Assembly (NCBI GenBank): GCA_963663165.1
Contig: OY760175.1
Coordinates: 3,072,001 to 3,136,000 of the forward strand
DNA length: 64,000 nt
Direction of reading: 5' to 3'
From: an uncultured Desulfospira sp.
Lineage (GTDB): Bacteria > Desulfobacterota > Desulfobacteria > Desulfobacterales > Desulfobacteraceae
Part shown: positions 1-9,674 of the stretch, piece after piece
How positions within the stretch are numbered: position 1 is the stretch's first letter
How the letters are laid out: each line of letters starts with the position of its first letter
Notes under the pieces: model-generated
Told to the model about the DNA's origin: nothing
The model's input: only the letters and a program-made list of their open reading frames with translations
Database searches by the model: none
Position numbers and translations under genes: made by a program

Positions 1-670
1 TGCCAAATTTTTTACCGATGACGAGAAAGAGGCCCTGCGCCAGCGCCTGGATCTCGAGCCCGGGGATATTGTCTTTTTTGTGGCAGACCAGCCCAAAATC
101 ACCAACGAGGCCTTAGGGCAGTTGAGAAACGAACTGGGAAGGCGGCTGAACCTGATCAGGGATGACGAGTTCAAATTTACCTGGGTCACGGATTTCCCCC
201 TCATGGAGTATGACGAGACCGAAAAACGGCACCAGGCCCTTCACCATCCCTTTACCTGCCCGAACAAAGAAGACCTGGACAAACTGGAGACCGACACCCT
301 TAACGTCAAATCAAGGGCCTATGACCTGGTTCTCAACGGGATTGAAATCGGCGGGGGGTCCATTCGTATCCATGATATGGATCTTCAGAAAAGAATTTTC
401 AAACTTCTGGGCATCGGTGAAGCAGAAGCCAATGAAAAATTCGGGTTTCTCCTGGAGGCCCTGGAGTCCGGGGCACCGCCCCACGGCGGGATTGCCTTTG
501 GCCTGGACCGGCTGATCATGCTGGTTTGCAAGGAAGACTCCATCCGGAACGTGATTGCCTTTCCCAAAACCCAGAAGGCCACCTGTCTTTTGACCCAGGC
601 CCCTTCAGAGGCAGGGCTCGCCCAGCTTCAGGAACTGGGCATCCGGATCTCAAAAATCAGTGAGCAGTAA
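1..670 (+). CDS. aspS: Aspartyl-tRNA synthetase, 3' part (starts before window)
   Basis: Frame open from base 2. Motifs WVTDFP, HHPFT, YDLVLNGIEIGGGSIRIH, GAPPHGGIAFGLDR, VIAFPKTQ. Confidence 0.97.
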   Translation, partial: AKFFTDDEKEALRQRLDLEPGDIVFFVADQPKITNEALGQLRNELGRRLNLIRDDEFKFTWVTDFPLMEYDETEKRHQALHHPFTCPNKEDLDKLETDTLNVKSRAYDLVLNGIEIGGGSIRIHDMDLQKRIFKLLGIGEAEANEKFGFLLEALESGAPPHGGIAFGLDRLIMLVCKEDSIRNVIAFPKTQKATCLLTQAPSEAGLAQLQELGIRISKISEQ

Positions 671-701
671 ACCCATCCCCTGAAAATTCATATTAAAATT
701 C

Positions 702-734
702 AAAAAGGCTGCCCGGTATGGGCAGCCTTTTTTT
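702..734. terminator. Bidirectional intrinsic terminator between convergent aspS and minE
   Basis: AAAAA-GGCTGCCC-ggtat-GGGCAGCC-TTTTTTT. Confidence 0.88.
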
Positions 735-757
735 AGACTTTGCAAAAATTTTGTTGC

Positions 758-1024
758 TTATGATTTTTTTCTCTTAACCTGCAAAATGGGCGTATTAAAG
801 ACCAGGGCCGACACATCATCATCCCGCTTGACCTTTAATTCCAGGGAATTGGTGTCAATTTCAAAATATTTGGAAATCACCGATACAATATCCTGCTGAA
901 GGTCTGTGAGGGTGGTGTCGTTCACTTCAAGTTTGTCGTATATCAGGGAAAAGTGAAGCCGTTTTTTGGCCGCATCCGAACTTTTTTTCTGAGTTGAAAA
1001 TCTTTTTAACAATCCGCCAAACAT
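758..1024 (-). CDS. minE: Cell division topological specificity factor MinE
   Basis: SSDAAKKRL...LQQDIVSVISKY...ALVFNTPI; lies downstream of minD. Confidence 0.93.
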   Translation of the reverse strand: MFGGLLKRFSTQKKSSDAAKKRLHFSLIYDKLEVNDTTLTDLQQDIVSVISKYFEIDTNSLELKVKRDDDVSALVFNTPILQVKRKKS

Positions 1025-1033
1025 CGTTCCCCC

Positions 1034-1834
1034 TTATTGTGTCAAGCCCAGTGTTTTTGAAATTTTGCTCCACATGCTCGTCTTGTTGGTGGGAATCTCA
1101 ACGGGCAGGTCTTCTTCCCCATCCAGCCGTCTGGCAATCCGCTTGAACGCCTGGCCTGCTTTGGAATCTTCCTGAAGCACAAGGGGCATTCCTGTGTTGG
1201 AGGAGATCAACACCTTATCATCCATGGGAACAATGCCGGCCAGGTCAATGGAAAGGACTTCCAACACATCCTCGTGGCTGAGCATCTCACCGCGCTCCAC
1301 CCTTGCCGGCTCCACCCGGTTGACAATGAGTTTGGGCTCAAGGGACCGGGCATAGAGCAGCCCGATGACCCGGTCTGCATCCCTGACCGCAGACACGTCA
1401 GGGGTACAGATGACCAGGGCCTGGTCTGCGGCCGTCACTGAATTTTCAAACCCCCGTTCAATGCCGGCGGGAGAATCCATGATCACATAATCAAAATTCT
1501 TGCGCAGCTCTTTGGCCACCCGCTCCACCCCGGACGGGGTCAGCACGTCTTTGTTGTCACTCTGGGATGCGGGGATCAGAAAAAGGTTCTCTATTCTTCT
1601 GTCCCGGATGGCGGCCTGGCTGATCTTGCACTGGCCTTTTACCAGATCTACAATATTGAAAACAATCCGATTCTCCAGGCCCATGACCACATCAAGGTTC
1701 CTCAACCCGATATCCATGTCCACAATGGCGACCCGGTTTCCACCAAGGGCCAGCGCAGCGCCGATAGAAGAGGTTGCCGTCGTTTTACCAACACCGCCCT
1801 TGCCTGAAGTCACGACAATGATTTTACCTTCCAA
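1034..1834 (-). CDS. minD: Septum site-determining ATPase MinD
   Basis: IVVTSGKGGVGKTT, DIGLRNLDVVMGLENR, DSPAGIE, SAVRDADR. TTG start at 1834 chosen for its GAGGTG RBS. Confidence 0.97.
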   Translation of the reverse strand: MEGKIIVVTSGKGGVGKTTATSSIGAALALGGNRVAIVDMDIGLRNLDVVMGLENRIVFNIVDLVKGQCKISQAAIRDRRIENLFLIPASQSDNKDVLTPSGVERVAKELRKNFDYVIMDSPAGIERGFENSVTAADQALVICTPDVSAVRDADRVIGLLYARSLEPKLIVNRVEPARVERGEMLSHEDVLEVLSIDLAGIVPMDDKVLISSNTGMPLVLQEDSKAGQAFKRIARRLDGEEDLPVEIPTNKTSMWSKISKTLGLTQ

Positions 1835-1897
1835 TTCACACCTCAAGATTTGTTGATATTCTTATATGGCCCGCTACACGGTAATTGGCAGCAAACC

Positions 1898-1972
1898 CGT
1901 GTTTGGACGAAAAATTGCCCAGATGCAACTTTTTCTGTAACGCCGCAGATGGGTGACTTTTCGTTCAAACAC
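1898..1972. repeat. Internally deleted copy of a ~128-bp palindromic dispersed repeat
   Basis: Both arms match the reverse complement of 36416-36543; the centre is lost between two GCAA tetramers. Confidence 0.85.
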
Positions 1973-2670
1973 TATACAGCCTCCGGCCACGGCATCTTTC
2001 TGAACGGACTGGCCTTCATATAATCTTTTACAATAATTTTTTTATCTTCCACATAGGCAAACTCAGGCCGTGCCCCCACCTTTTCTTCACTGCCCGCCGC
2101 TGAAATCTTCCCGATTTTGACGTGGGTAGGATTAAACTCCAGGGCAAAAATAATGGCGTCTGTATTGTCCGGACTGCCGGCATGAACCTTTCCGGCAAGC
2201 CGCCCTAGAACGATCACATCCCCCCCGGACCGGATCTCTGAACCCGGGTTCACATCCCCTGTGATGACCACATGTTTTCGGGTATCAATTTTCTGGCCGG
2301 ATCTGACCCGTCCCCGGAGCATGAGGACATCACTCCGGTGGTGATCCCATCCACGGGACACGTCCCGCTGACGGATTCTTGCTGTAGGAATAGACCGTTT
2401 TTTAGGGGGGGTGGATACCCGGCCCACATCAAATTTCTCGATGAGGCGGGATTTGATCCGGTCGATCAGTCCCTGATATTCCGGTGTATTGGAATCTTCC
2501 CCGAGATCCAGCACCACACTGGCATTCACGGTAAGATGCCTTAATTTTACAAACAGCTTGTCAATCTCGGAAGTTAAAAGATCTTCGGGATGGGAAGGGT
2601 CAATGGTTACCCATAACCCGCCGCCGGCTCCTTTGAGTTTTACAGGCACAGGGGTCTCAAAATCAATCAT
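1972..2670 (-). CDS. minC: Septum site-determining protein MinC
   Basis: VRSGQKI, GDVNPGSEI, GDVIVLGRLAGKVHAG beta-helix; lies upstream of minD. Confidence 0.95.
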   Translation of the reverse strand: MIDFETPVPVKLKGAGGGLWVTIDPSHPEDLLTSEIDKLFVKLRHLTVNASVVLDLGEDSNTPEYQGLIDRIKSRLIEKFDVGRVSTPPKKRSIPTARIRQRDVSRGWDHHRSDVLMLRGRVRSGQKIDTRKHVVITGDVNPGSEIRSGGDVIVLGRLAGKVHAGSPDNTDAIIFALEFNPTHVKIGKISAAGSEEKVGARPEFAYVEDKKIIVKDYMKASPFRKMPWPEAV

Positions 2671-2731
2671 CTTTGTCCTGCCGAATGGTTAAAAATTTAT
2701 TGTCTGAGGGACTATAGAAAATCGGCAAGGA

Positions 2732-3874
2732 TTATTCAAGGACTTCCCTAATTTTATGGGAAAAATCAATCACGGAATAGGGTTTGAGGATATACCCCTT
2801 GCACCCGCGTTTGAGCATTTCCTGGGCCTTGTCATCAATGGAATACCCTGTTGACAAGAGGACCTTGACATCAGGGTTGAGCCTTTTCAGCTTTTTAAAG
2901 GTTTCAAGCCCGTTCATCTCGGGCATGATCATATCCAGGATCACCAGGTTGATTTCATTTTTCTTTTGTTTGTAAATCTTTAAGGCCTCTTTGCCGGAGT
3001 CGGCGGTGACCACCTTATACCCCAAGGCTTTGCAGATCTCACGGCCCACGGTGAGTATCCGCTGCTCATCATCCACAAGAAGAACCGATTCACAGCCCAA
3101 GGCCAGCTTCTGGTCCGCAGAAAGAAAATTGTTGTTTTCCAGCGGTTTTGACAGGGGGAGGATGATGGAAAACGAGGATCCCACACCAGGGCTGCTCCAT
3201 ACGTCAATCACCCCTTTGTGGTTTTTAACGATCTCCCGGGCAAAGGTAAGGCCAAGGCCCTGTTTTTCAGGATGATTTTTATGGTCTGCCGAATAAAAGG
3301 GCCTGAAGATCTTTTCCAGGGTCTCCCCGTCCATGCCGATGCCGGTATCGGTGACTGTAATTTTGGCAAACTTTCCGCTGTCAAGGCCATAGGCCTGGGC
3401 CGTACCGTTCATCAGCACAGCGGATTCTGCACAAATGGAAAGCTTTCCCCCTTTTGGCATGGCCTGAAGGGCATTCTCAATGACGGCACTGAAAACCTGG
3501 TTTATTTTTTCATGGTCCGCCTCAATGGTCAGCGGATTGGATTCCAGGTCAACATCCAGGATCACGCCTTTGCCCCGCAGTTCCAGATTCTCAACAATTT
3601 TACGGACCATACGGTTAATATCAATGGGGCTGGTATAAAACTCATTGGCCTTGGCAAAGCCCAACAGCTGATTGGCGATTTCAGACCCCTTGTCGATGCA
3701 GTGGATAATTTCTTTGATATGGCAATAAAGGGGGTCTTTGGAACTGACACTGTTCATCATCAAGGAAGCATGCCCTTTGATAGCGGATAGCAGATTATTA
3801 AAATCATGAGCTATGCCGCCGGCCAGCGCCTCTACAACATCGGTGTCTTCATTTTTTAAATGAATATGTTCCAT
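2732..3874 (-). CDS. Hybrid histidine kinase/receiver without a sensor domain
   Basis: LAGGIAHDFNNLL H-box from about residue 17, ENALQAM, DTGIGMD, GLGL, and a C-terminal REC domain (LLVDDE, ILDMIMP, KPY). Confidence 0.92.
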   Translation of the reverse strand: MEHIHLKNEDTDVVEALAGGIAHDFNNLLSAIKGHASLMMNSVSSKDPLYCHIKEIIHCIDKGSEIANQLLGFAKANEFYTSPIDINRMVRKIVENLELRGKGVILDVDLESNPLTIEADHEKINQVFSAVIENALQAMPKGGKLSICAESAVLMNGTAQAYGLDSGKFAKITVTDTGIGMDGETLEKIFRPFYSADHKNHPEKQGLGLTFAREIVKNHKGVIDVWSSPGVGSSFSIILPLSKPLENNNFLSADQKLALGCESVLLVDDEQRILTVGREICKALGYKVVTADSGKEALKIYKQKKNEINLVILDMIMPEMNGLETFKKLKRLNPDVKVLLSTGYSIDDKAQEMLKRGCKGYILKPYSVIDFSHKIREVLE

Positions 3875-4020
3875 ATCGTATTATCCTCTTCAGCCGTTTT
3901 TACGGGTTACCTTTTTCGCAGTGTCCGGATATAATAGAAAATATTTCATCACATTTCAATCGTAAACATTTTTCTAGGTGCAATTTTTTTTCTTTATCCT
4001 CCCCCAACATCAATTTTCCC

Positions 4021-4049
4021 TTGACAATACTGCACGGCCCTTGTATTTA
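4021..4049 (+). promoter_or_regulatory. Putative sigma70 promoter of the aroF leader
   Basis: TTGACA-17 nt-TATTTA; predicted start site about 4056-4057. Confidence 0.6.
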
Positions 4050-4056
4050 GCACACC

Positions 4057-4146
4057 ATGATGTTCTTGTATATAGAAACAATACAAAATTTTTACCGGGT
4101 ATACCGCTGGTGGCGTTTCAGGGCCTGCAGTGGAATTCCTGTCTGA
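4057..4146 (+). CDS. Aromatic amino acid leader peptide MMFLYIETIQNFYRVYRWWRFRACSGIPV (29 aa)
   Basis: Hand-translated. 8 of 29 codons are Phe/Tyr/Trp, including tandem TGG TGG; followed by a terminator and aroF. Confidence 0.82.
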   Translation: MMFLYIETIQNFYRVYRWWRFRACSGIPV

Positions 4147-4171
4147 CGAAACCCGTTATTATTTGGACATG

Positions 4172-4213
4172 AAAAGGCTGCCGGTCAAAGACTGCGGCCT
4201 TTTTTGTTTTTTT
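4172..4213 (+). terminator. Attenuator terminator upstream of aroF
   Basis: AAAAGGCTGCCGGTC-aaa-GACTGCGGCC followed by a long T tract, within the 5' leader. Confidence 0.82.
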
Positions 4214-4290
4214 CGGGCTGCCGTTCACGGGCCTTTTTTATTGCTCAATATAAGGATAATTGTTAATACTGCTAAATGCTGGAGGAAACC

Positions 4291-5304
4291 ATGCTGATTG
4301 TAATGGAAAAAAATTCAACCCAGGAGCAAATCCAGGCCGCTGTTGAGGCGGTGGAAAAAAGAGGGTACACGGCCCGGCCCATACCCGGTGGAGACCGGGT
4401 GTCCATCGGGGTCCTGTACAACAAAGGGTTTGTGGACAACGCCCATTTCCTAGGACTTGCCGGAGTAAAGGAGGTCATCCCGGTGACCAAACCCTATAAA
4501 CTTGTCAGCCGGGAAGTCAAACCGGAAAACACCCGGATCAAAGTGGGAGATGTGGTGTTCGGAGACGGGAGTATCCCGGTCATGGCAGGACCCTGTGCCG
4601 TGGAAAGCGAAAGCCAGATCCTGGCCATTGCCCGGGCCGTTAAAGCATGCGGGGCGGGCCTTCTCAGGGGCGGGGCCTTTAAACCCCGGACTTCCCCCTA
4701 TTCTTTTCAGGGGTTGGGTGAAGAGGGACTTAAATTTCTGGCCAAAGCCCGTGAGGAAACCGGGCTTCCCATAGTGACCGAAGCCATGGATGTTGAAAAT
4801 TTTGATGTGGTGGAGGCCTACGCCGACGTGGTGCAGATCGGTACCCGGAATATGCAGAATTACAGCCTTCTTCGCAGAGCCGGCAAATCAAACCGCCCCA
4901 TTATACTAAAACGGGGCATGTCGGCCACCCTTCCGGAATGGCTCATGGCCGCCGAATATATCATGGAAGAGGGAAACCCCGACGTGATTCTCTGTGAACG
5001 GGGGGTCAGAACCTTTGTCCGCCATTCCAGAAACACCCTGGACCTGTCCGTGGTCCCTGCGGCCAGAAAAGAAAGCCATCTGCCCATTATTGTGGACCCC
5101 AGCCACGCTTCAGGGGTAAGGGACCAGGTCATCCCCCTGGCCTGTGCCGCCGCAGCCCTTGAGGCCGACGGCATCATGATTGAAGTCCACAACTGCCCGG
5201 ACGATGCCTTAAGTGACGGGGCCCAGTCCCTTTATCCGGAACAGTTTGCCGTTGTCATGAAAAAAATCAACGCCATCCATGCCATCATGAAAACAACCAA
5301 ATGA
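4291..5304 (+). CDS. aroF: DAHP synthase, type I-beta with N-terminal regulatory domain
   Basis: MAGPCAVES, RGGAFKPRTSPYSFQG, QIGTRNMQN, LCERG, VDPSH. ATG at 4291 follows GGAGG. Confidence 0.95.
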   Translation: MLIVMEKNSTQEQIQAAVEAVEKRGYTARPIPGGDRVSIGVLYNKGFVDNAHFLGLAGVKEVIPVTKPYKLVSREVKPENTRIKVGDVVFGDGSIPVMAGPCAVESESQILAIARAVKACGAGLLRGGAFKPRTSPYSFQGLGEEGLKFLAKAREETGLPIVTEAMDVENFDVVEAYADVVQIGTRNMQNYSLLRRAGKSNRPIILKRGMSATLPEWLMAAEYIMEEGNPDVILCERGVRTFVRHSRNTLDLSVVPAARKESHLPIIVDPSHASGVRDQVIPLACAAAALEADGIMIEVHNCPDDALSDGAQSLYPEQFAVVMKKINAIHAIMKTTK

Positions 5305-6332
5305 AAACCTTTTATGTCAATGGCCGGTTAGGCCGGTCCGCCATTCATGTGGGGGAGTCTCTGGGAAACGTACAGAATTATCTTCCGGAGACTTCCCCGG
5401 TCATCATCACCGACACCCACATTGCATCCCTTTATAAGGATAAATTTCCCAGGGGCACGGTGATCACCATTGGTACGGGAGAAAAGATCAAAACCCTTCA
5501 CACGGTGGAATTCATCTTAAGGGAAATGATCAGCTCAGGCTGTGACCGGTCCGGCTTTGTCCTTGGGATTGGCGGGGGCATTGTCTGTGATATTGCAGGG
5601 TTTGTGGCATCCGTGTTCCTGCGCGGGGTAAGGTTCGGGTTTGTGTCCACCTCGCTGTTGTCCCAGGTGGACGCCAGTGTGGGCGGCAAAAACGGGGTCA
5701 ACCTGGATGCCTATAAAAACATGGTGGGCGTGTTTAACCAGCCCGAATTTGTCCTGTGTGACATGGCCATGCTGGCCACCCTGCCCAAGGCTGAAATCTC
5801 AAACGGAATGGCGGAGATTGTCAAACATGGCCTGATTGCTGATCCTGCCCTGCTCTCGTTTATCGAAGAGAACCGGCAGAAGGCCCTGGACCTGGACCCG
5901 GACGTGATCTTCCGCTTAGTGGCCGATTCTGTGGCCATTAAATCCCGGGTGGTTGAAATGGATGAAAAAGAGGGCGGAGAAAGAAGAAAGCTCAACTTCG
6001 GCCACACCATCGGCCATGCCATTGAAAAGGCAGACCAGAACGGCCATGGCAGGGCGGTTGCCCTTGGCATGAAAGCCGCAGCCCTGTTCTCACAGCAGCA
6101 GGGCTACCTGACCGGGACGGATGTGGACCGGATTACGGACCTGCTGTCCGGCCTTAACCTGCCCACAACCCTGGACCATGATCCGGACCAGATTATCCGG
6201 GCCGCCTCAAAGGACAAGAAAAAACAGGGGGCTGACCTGTTCTTTGTCTTCCTGGAATCCCTGGGAAAGGCAAAAACTGAAAAAATCAGCTATAACCGGC
6301 TGAACGCCTTTATCCGGGAGGCGTTTGGATAG
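5301..6332 (+). CDS. aroB: 3-dehydroquinate synthase
   Basis: GGGIVCDIAGF, TSLLSQVDASVGGKNG, LNFGHTIGHAIE; ATGA overlap with aroF. Confidence 0.96.
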   Translation: MKTFYVNGRLGRSAIHVGESLGNVQNYLPETSPVIITDTHIASLYKDKFPRGTVITIGTGEKIKTLHTVEFILREMISSGCDRSGFVLGIGGGIVCDIAGFVASVFLRGVRFGFVSTSLLSQVDASVGGKNGVNLDAYKNMVGVFNQPEFVLCDMAMLATLPKAEISNGMAEIVKHGLIADPALLSFIEENRQKALDLDPDVIFRLVADSVAIKSRVVEMDEKEGGERRKLNFGHTIGHAIEKADQNGHGRAVALGMKAAALFSQQQGYLTGTDVDRITDLLSGLNLPTTLDHDPDQIIRAASKDKKKQGADLFFVFLESLGKAKTEKISYNRLNAFIREAFG

Positions 6333-6396
6333 CTGCCGGTTTTAGCCCCATTCGTTAACACGCTTCGTTCTATCAACCTTCAGGCTTTCATGGAAA

Positions 6397-8853
6397 TCAG
6401 TCCCGGTTAAGTGGAAAAACAGCACTTTCCGGTTTTTCCTTTTCCTCTGCCCGGGCATCCATCCCGAAACTGCCGTCCAGGCCAAACGCTTCAGGGTTCA
6501 GGTAGCTGCCTTTTTCTTCCTCGGATTTTTCCCTTTCCACTTGGATCCGGTTGGCCTCGGCCCAGGCATCTTTCCGGATGCCGGTGACCTGCCAGCTCAC
6601 TTTCATACCCGGGCTGCCGCCGCTGATTTTAAACCGGTTGTCCTTAATTTCTTCTGCAATATAAAGGCCAGGGCCAGGGCTGCCCACCGGGGTCAGCTGG
6701 TATCTGAAATCTTTGTTCAGGGCCTCGAAATAATCCGGCAGCAGCACCCAGGATTCCCCGGTTTCATCCAGCAGAACCGTGCCGTCATAAACGTTTTTCA
6801 TATCCGGGGATTCCACAAAGGAATGCTGGAGGATCTTGTTTTCCGGATCCAGGGGGTGATCAATGATAAAAGAGCCGCCGGCCTTGGACAGGGTTCCGGC
6901 CACATGGACTTTTCCGACAAAATAGCCGGCATAATCATAGGTGCCCGAACCCGTGGTCTGGAAATATCCGCCATAGGTTTTGCCCGATGTGTCCCCGTCT
7001 GCCACGGCCTTTATGCCGTACCCGTCCCCGGAATCTCCGATGTAAGCTGTGGTACTGAACAATCCCCCGTAAGCCGGGCCGCTGACCGCATGATTGGCAT
7101 CGCTGAGAACGCCCCATACCCCGTGGGACGAGCTGGAAGAGGAACTGGCAATGACCTGAATTCCCCAGGCCGGCGATTCACTGGAATAGGCATAGGTGTA
7201 GATGCCACGAACGCTGCTCTTTCCCGACACCGAATTGTACAGGCCATAAGACTCGCCGGTTGAGGCCTGATTGGACACAAAACTTCCTACGCCGTATAAT
7301 CCCCCGCTGGCATCGTCAGCCGGTTTGTCCACTTCGATGTAAAGTCCCCGGCCGTACGCATTTCCCGGAACATCCACATTCGCCCGGAAACCGTAAACAA
7401 ATCCTGCGTCGGAAAGTGCCTCGGCATATACGCCATGGCTTGAACCATAGCTTGAATTTGTGACGCTGGTTTTTCCGTAAACCCCGTACCGGTTGCTGTC
7501 GGCCCCGAGAGCCTCTCCCATGATTCCATAGGATTCGCCGCCGTCCCGATAATTTATGCCCCTGAAACGGCCACCCCAGGCCTCTCCGCTCGTATCGGTG
7601 GTATCTTTCTGTGCTTCTGAATATACCCCTAAGGCATCTCCGGTATCGCTTCCAACTATGTATGAAAACAAACCAAAAGCGCTTCCGCCAGCCCCATAAT
7701 GGGAACTTCTATTGTACAGCCCGTAAAGGTCGCCCGTCCCGTGATGGGAAACCTGACCATACCAGCCGCGAACGGTTGACGAACTGTCTGCCCCGGCTTG
7801 AGCAGATGCCTGGACACCGTAGGCATAAGACTGGGCCGACACGGTATCCATTACCAGGCCTTTTGCATAGGATTGTGCGTCCACATCCAGCTCAAGTCCC
7901 TGGGCATAATACGTATCGGCACTGGCGGTTCCTTTTATGGCAAAGGCCTGCTCCCCGATGCTTTGAAAGCTGGCCACGTAATCGCTCATTGCCGTGCTGG
8001 TTCCGGTTACCGAAAGCTTTGCGCCGGAAACATTCAGATCCCCGTTCATGGTGTCCCCTGCCGTATTCACCCATTTATCGACAGAAGCCGCCATGAAATA
8101 AGACGAGTCGTATCCGTCCAGGGCATCTGCATCCAGTTTGGACCCCGAGCCGTCCTTGATATCTTCGAAAGTGAGAGATTCGTCAATCACTTCACTTGAG
8201 CTGACCGAGTCGTTGGCCATTTTGGACAGGGTGACGCTTTTATCGGCCAGTTCCGAACTGGTTACGGCGCCGGCACTGATTTTGGAAGCATCCACGGAAT
8301 CGGCTTCCAGTTTGGCGGCCCCCACACTGCTGTCCTGGATCATGGCGCCGGTTACGGAAGCCGCCTGTCCTTCGTTGACATAGGCCGCATCATGCTCGTG
8401 GCCGGCTTCACTGAAATGCTCAGGGCCGAAACCGGCCAGGGTGCCGGCGTTAAGCGCAGTTACCGCAAAGGGAGAGGAGGTGATTTTCTGCCGGGGCGCA
8501 AGGGTTTCCCAGCCGCTGCCGCTTTTGAAAATTTCAAGTTCCAGATAAAGATCAGGCCCGGTAAAATGGCCGGCCAGCAGCGGGCTTCCCGGCTGGCTTC
8601 CCAGGATAACGTTAAATATCCCGTTGTTCACCGGTACCGTCTGCTGCTCATCCCAGACAGGAGTCCCCCCGGTGTCCACGCCGTACAGATAAAAATGAAT
8701 GAGCTGGTCTCCTTCCAGAGGAGCGCCGGAACTGTCCTCCAGGTAGCCCTGATAGTTCACCTCCATGGGAGCGGCAGAAAAAGCAGTCGGAACAACGGCG
8801 GCCTGAACCAGGCAAAGACTTGCAGAACATAAAAAAAAGGCAAAAAATTTCAT
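6397..8853 (-). CDS. Secreted phage tail-fibre-like (putative trimeric adhesin) protein
   Basis: Signal peptide, VNYQGYL...LAPRQ...PFA N-domain, 10-aa shaft repeats, GSGSKLDADALDG and AGDTMNGDL fibre motifs, YG-rich repeats, C-terminal SFIIDHPLDP...HSFVESP domain. ATG 8853 follows AGGAG. Confidence 0.72.
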   Translation of the reverse strand: MKFFAFFLCSASLCLVQAAVVPTAFSAAPMEVNYQGYLEDSSGAPLEGDQLIHFYLYGVDTGGTPVWDEQQTVPVNNGIFNVILGSQPGSPLLAGHFTGPDLYLELEIFKSGSGWETLAPRQKITSSPFAVTALNAGTLAGFGPEHFSEAGHEHDAAYVNEGQAASVTGAMIQDSSVGAAKLEADSVDASKISAGAVTSSELADKSVTLSKMANDSVSSSEVIDESLTFEDIKDGSGSKLDADALDGYDSSYFMAASVDKWVNTAGDTMNGDLNVSGAKLSVTGTSTAMSDYVASFQSIGEQAFAIKGTASADTYYAQGLELDVDAQSYAKGLVMDTVSAQSYAYGVQASAQAGADSSSTVRGWYGQVSHHGTGDLYGLYNRSSHYGAGGSAFGLFSYIVGSDTGDALGVYSEAQKDTTDTSGEAWGGRFRGINYRDGGESYGIMGEALGADSNRYGVYGKTSVTNSSYGSSHGVYAEALSDAGFVYGFRANVDVPGNAYGRGLYIEVDKPADDASGGLYGVGSFVSNQASTGESYGLYNSVSGKSSVRGIYTYAYSSESPAWGIQVIASSSSSSSHGVWGVLSDANHAVSGPAYGGLFSTTAYIGDSGDGYGIKAVADGDTSGKTYGGYFQTTGSGTYDYAGYFVGKVHVAGTLSKAGGSFIIDHPLDPENKILQHSFVESPDMKNVYDGTVLLDETGESWVLLPDYFEALNKDFRYQLTPVGSPGPGLYIAEEIKDNRFKISGGSPGMKVSWQVTGIRKDAWAEANRIQVEREKSEEEKGSYLNPEAFGLDGSFGMDARAEEKEKPESAVFPLNRD

Positions 8854-9266
8854 ATCCTGTACTCCTTTTTGCAATGAATATGCTGCGGTTTTTGGCTGGC
8901 TGTATTCTTTAAATTACAGCACCCCCCATACCATAAAATCCGGAAGTCCAAACCTTTTGGAACAACAGGGCAAGCGAATTCCGGATAATCGTTTTCTTAG
9001 AAAGAATGCCATATTGGGGACATTGTTTCCCCCAGAAGTATTTCAATAAATACTTGTTTCTTTAGGGGATCGTCAAGTCACAAAATTTGACCTGGCCTTG
9101 GGCCTTTTTTATATTTTCATGATACTGTAAGAAGGGGAAGGCTTCCAGATTGTTCAAAATTTAATTTTTTTTTTTTAGCGCAGGAAATCCGGCCTTCCTT
9201 CGTCAGCACTCATAGACGAACAACCATGGGCAGGCAGACCAACATCAAGCCTGCCGGGAGGAATAT

Positions 9267-9674
9267 ATGGAGTGTGCTCAAGTCAAAAAACGGCTGGACG
9301 CCTGGGCCGACGGTGAAATGTCCCGTCCGGATAGAATGGCGGTGGACCGCCATCTGGCCGGCTGCCCGGATTGCCGGGATGAGGCCGTATCCCTGAAACA
9401 ACTGAACCTTGCCCTGGACCACCTGGGACCCGTGCCTGCCCCTTCGGGCTTTTCCGGCAGGGTATGCCGGGTCGCCCGGCAGAAAATCGACTATCCGGAT
9501 CTGGCCCAGTGGTGACGCCACCTGTCCCTGGCCTGGCGGACAGCGGTCTGCAGCACGGCCATGGCCGGCCTGATCTTCGGCCTGGTGCTGGGGACCAGCC
9601 TGTCCACCCGGCCTGATGCCGGCACCAGCCCGGCCTTTTATCTTGCCACATCCGATGACGGGGGATACTATTGA
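9267..9674 (+). pseudogene. Zinc-finger (zf-HC2) membrane anti-sigma factor with in-frame TGA at 9513-9515
   Basis: HLAGCPDC motif. The frame continues after the stop (W*RHLSLAWRTAVCSTAMAGLIFGLVLG, a TM helix) to a TGA overlapping the next ATG (TGATG). Confidence 0.8.

Noticed and set aside
6397..8853. Prophage remnant
   Set aside because: The gene is isolated, has a signal peptide, and has no phage structural, integrase or lysis neighbours.
9180..9210. ECF autoregulatory promoter (GCAGGAAAT...CGTC)
   Set aside because: Plausibly placed, but the spacing is ambiguous and there is no second copy to derive a consensus, so it was not called.
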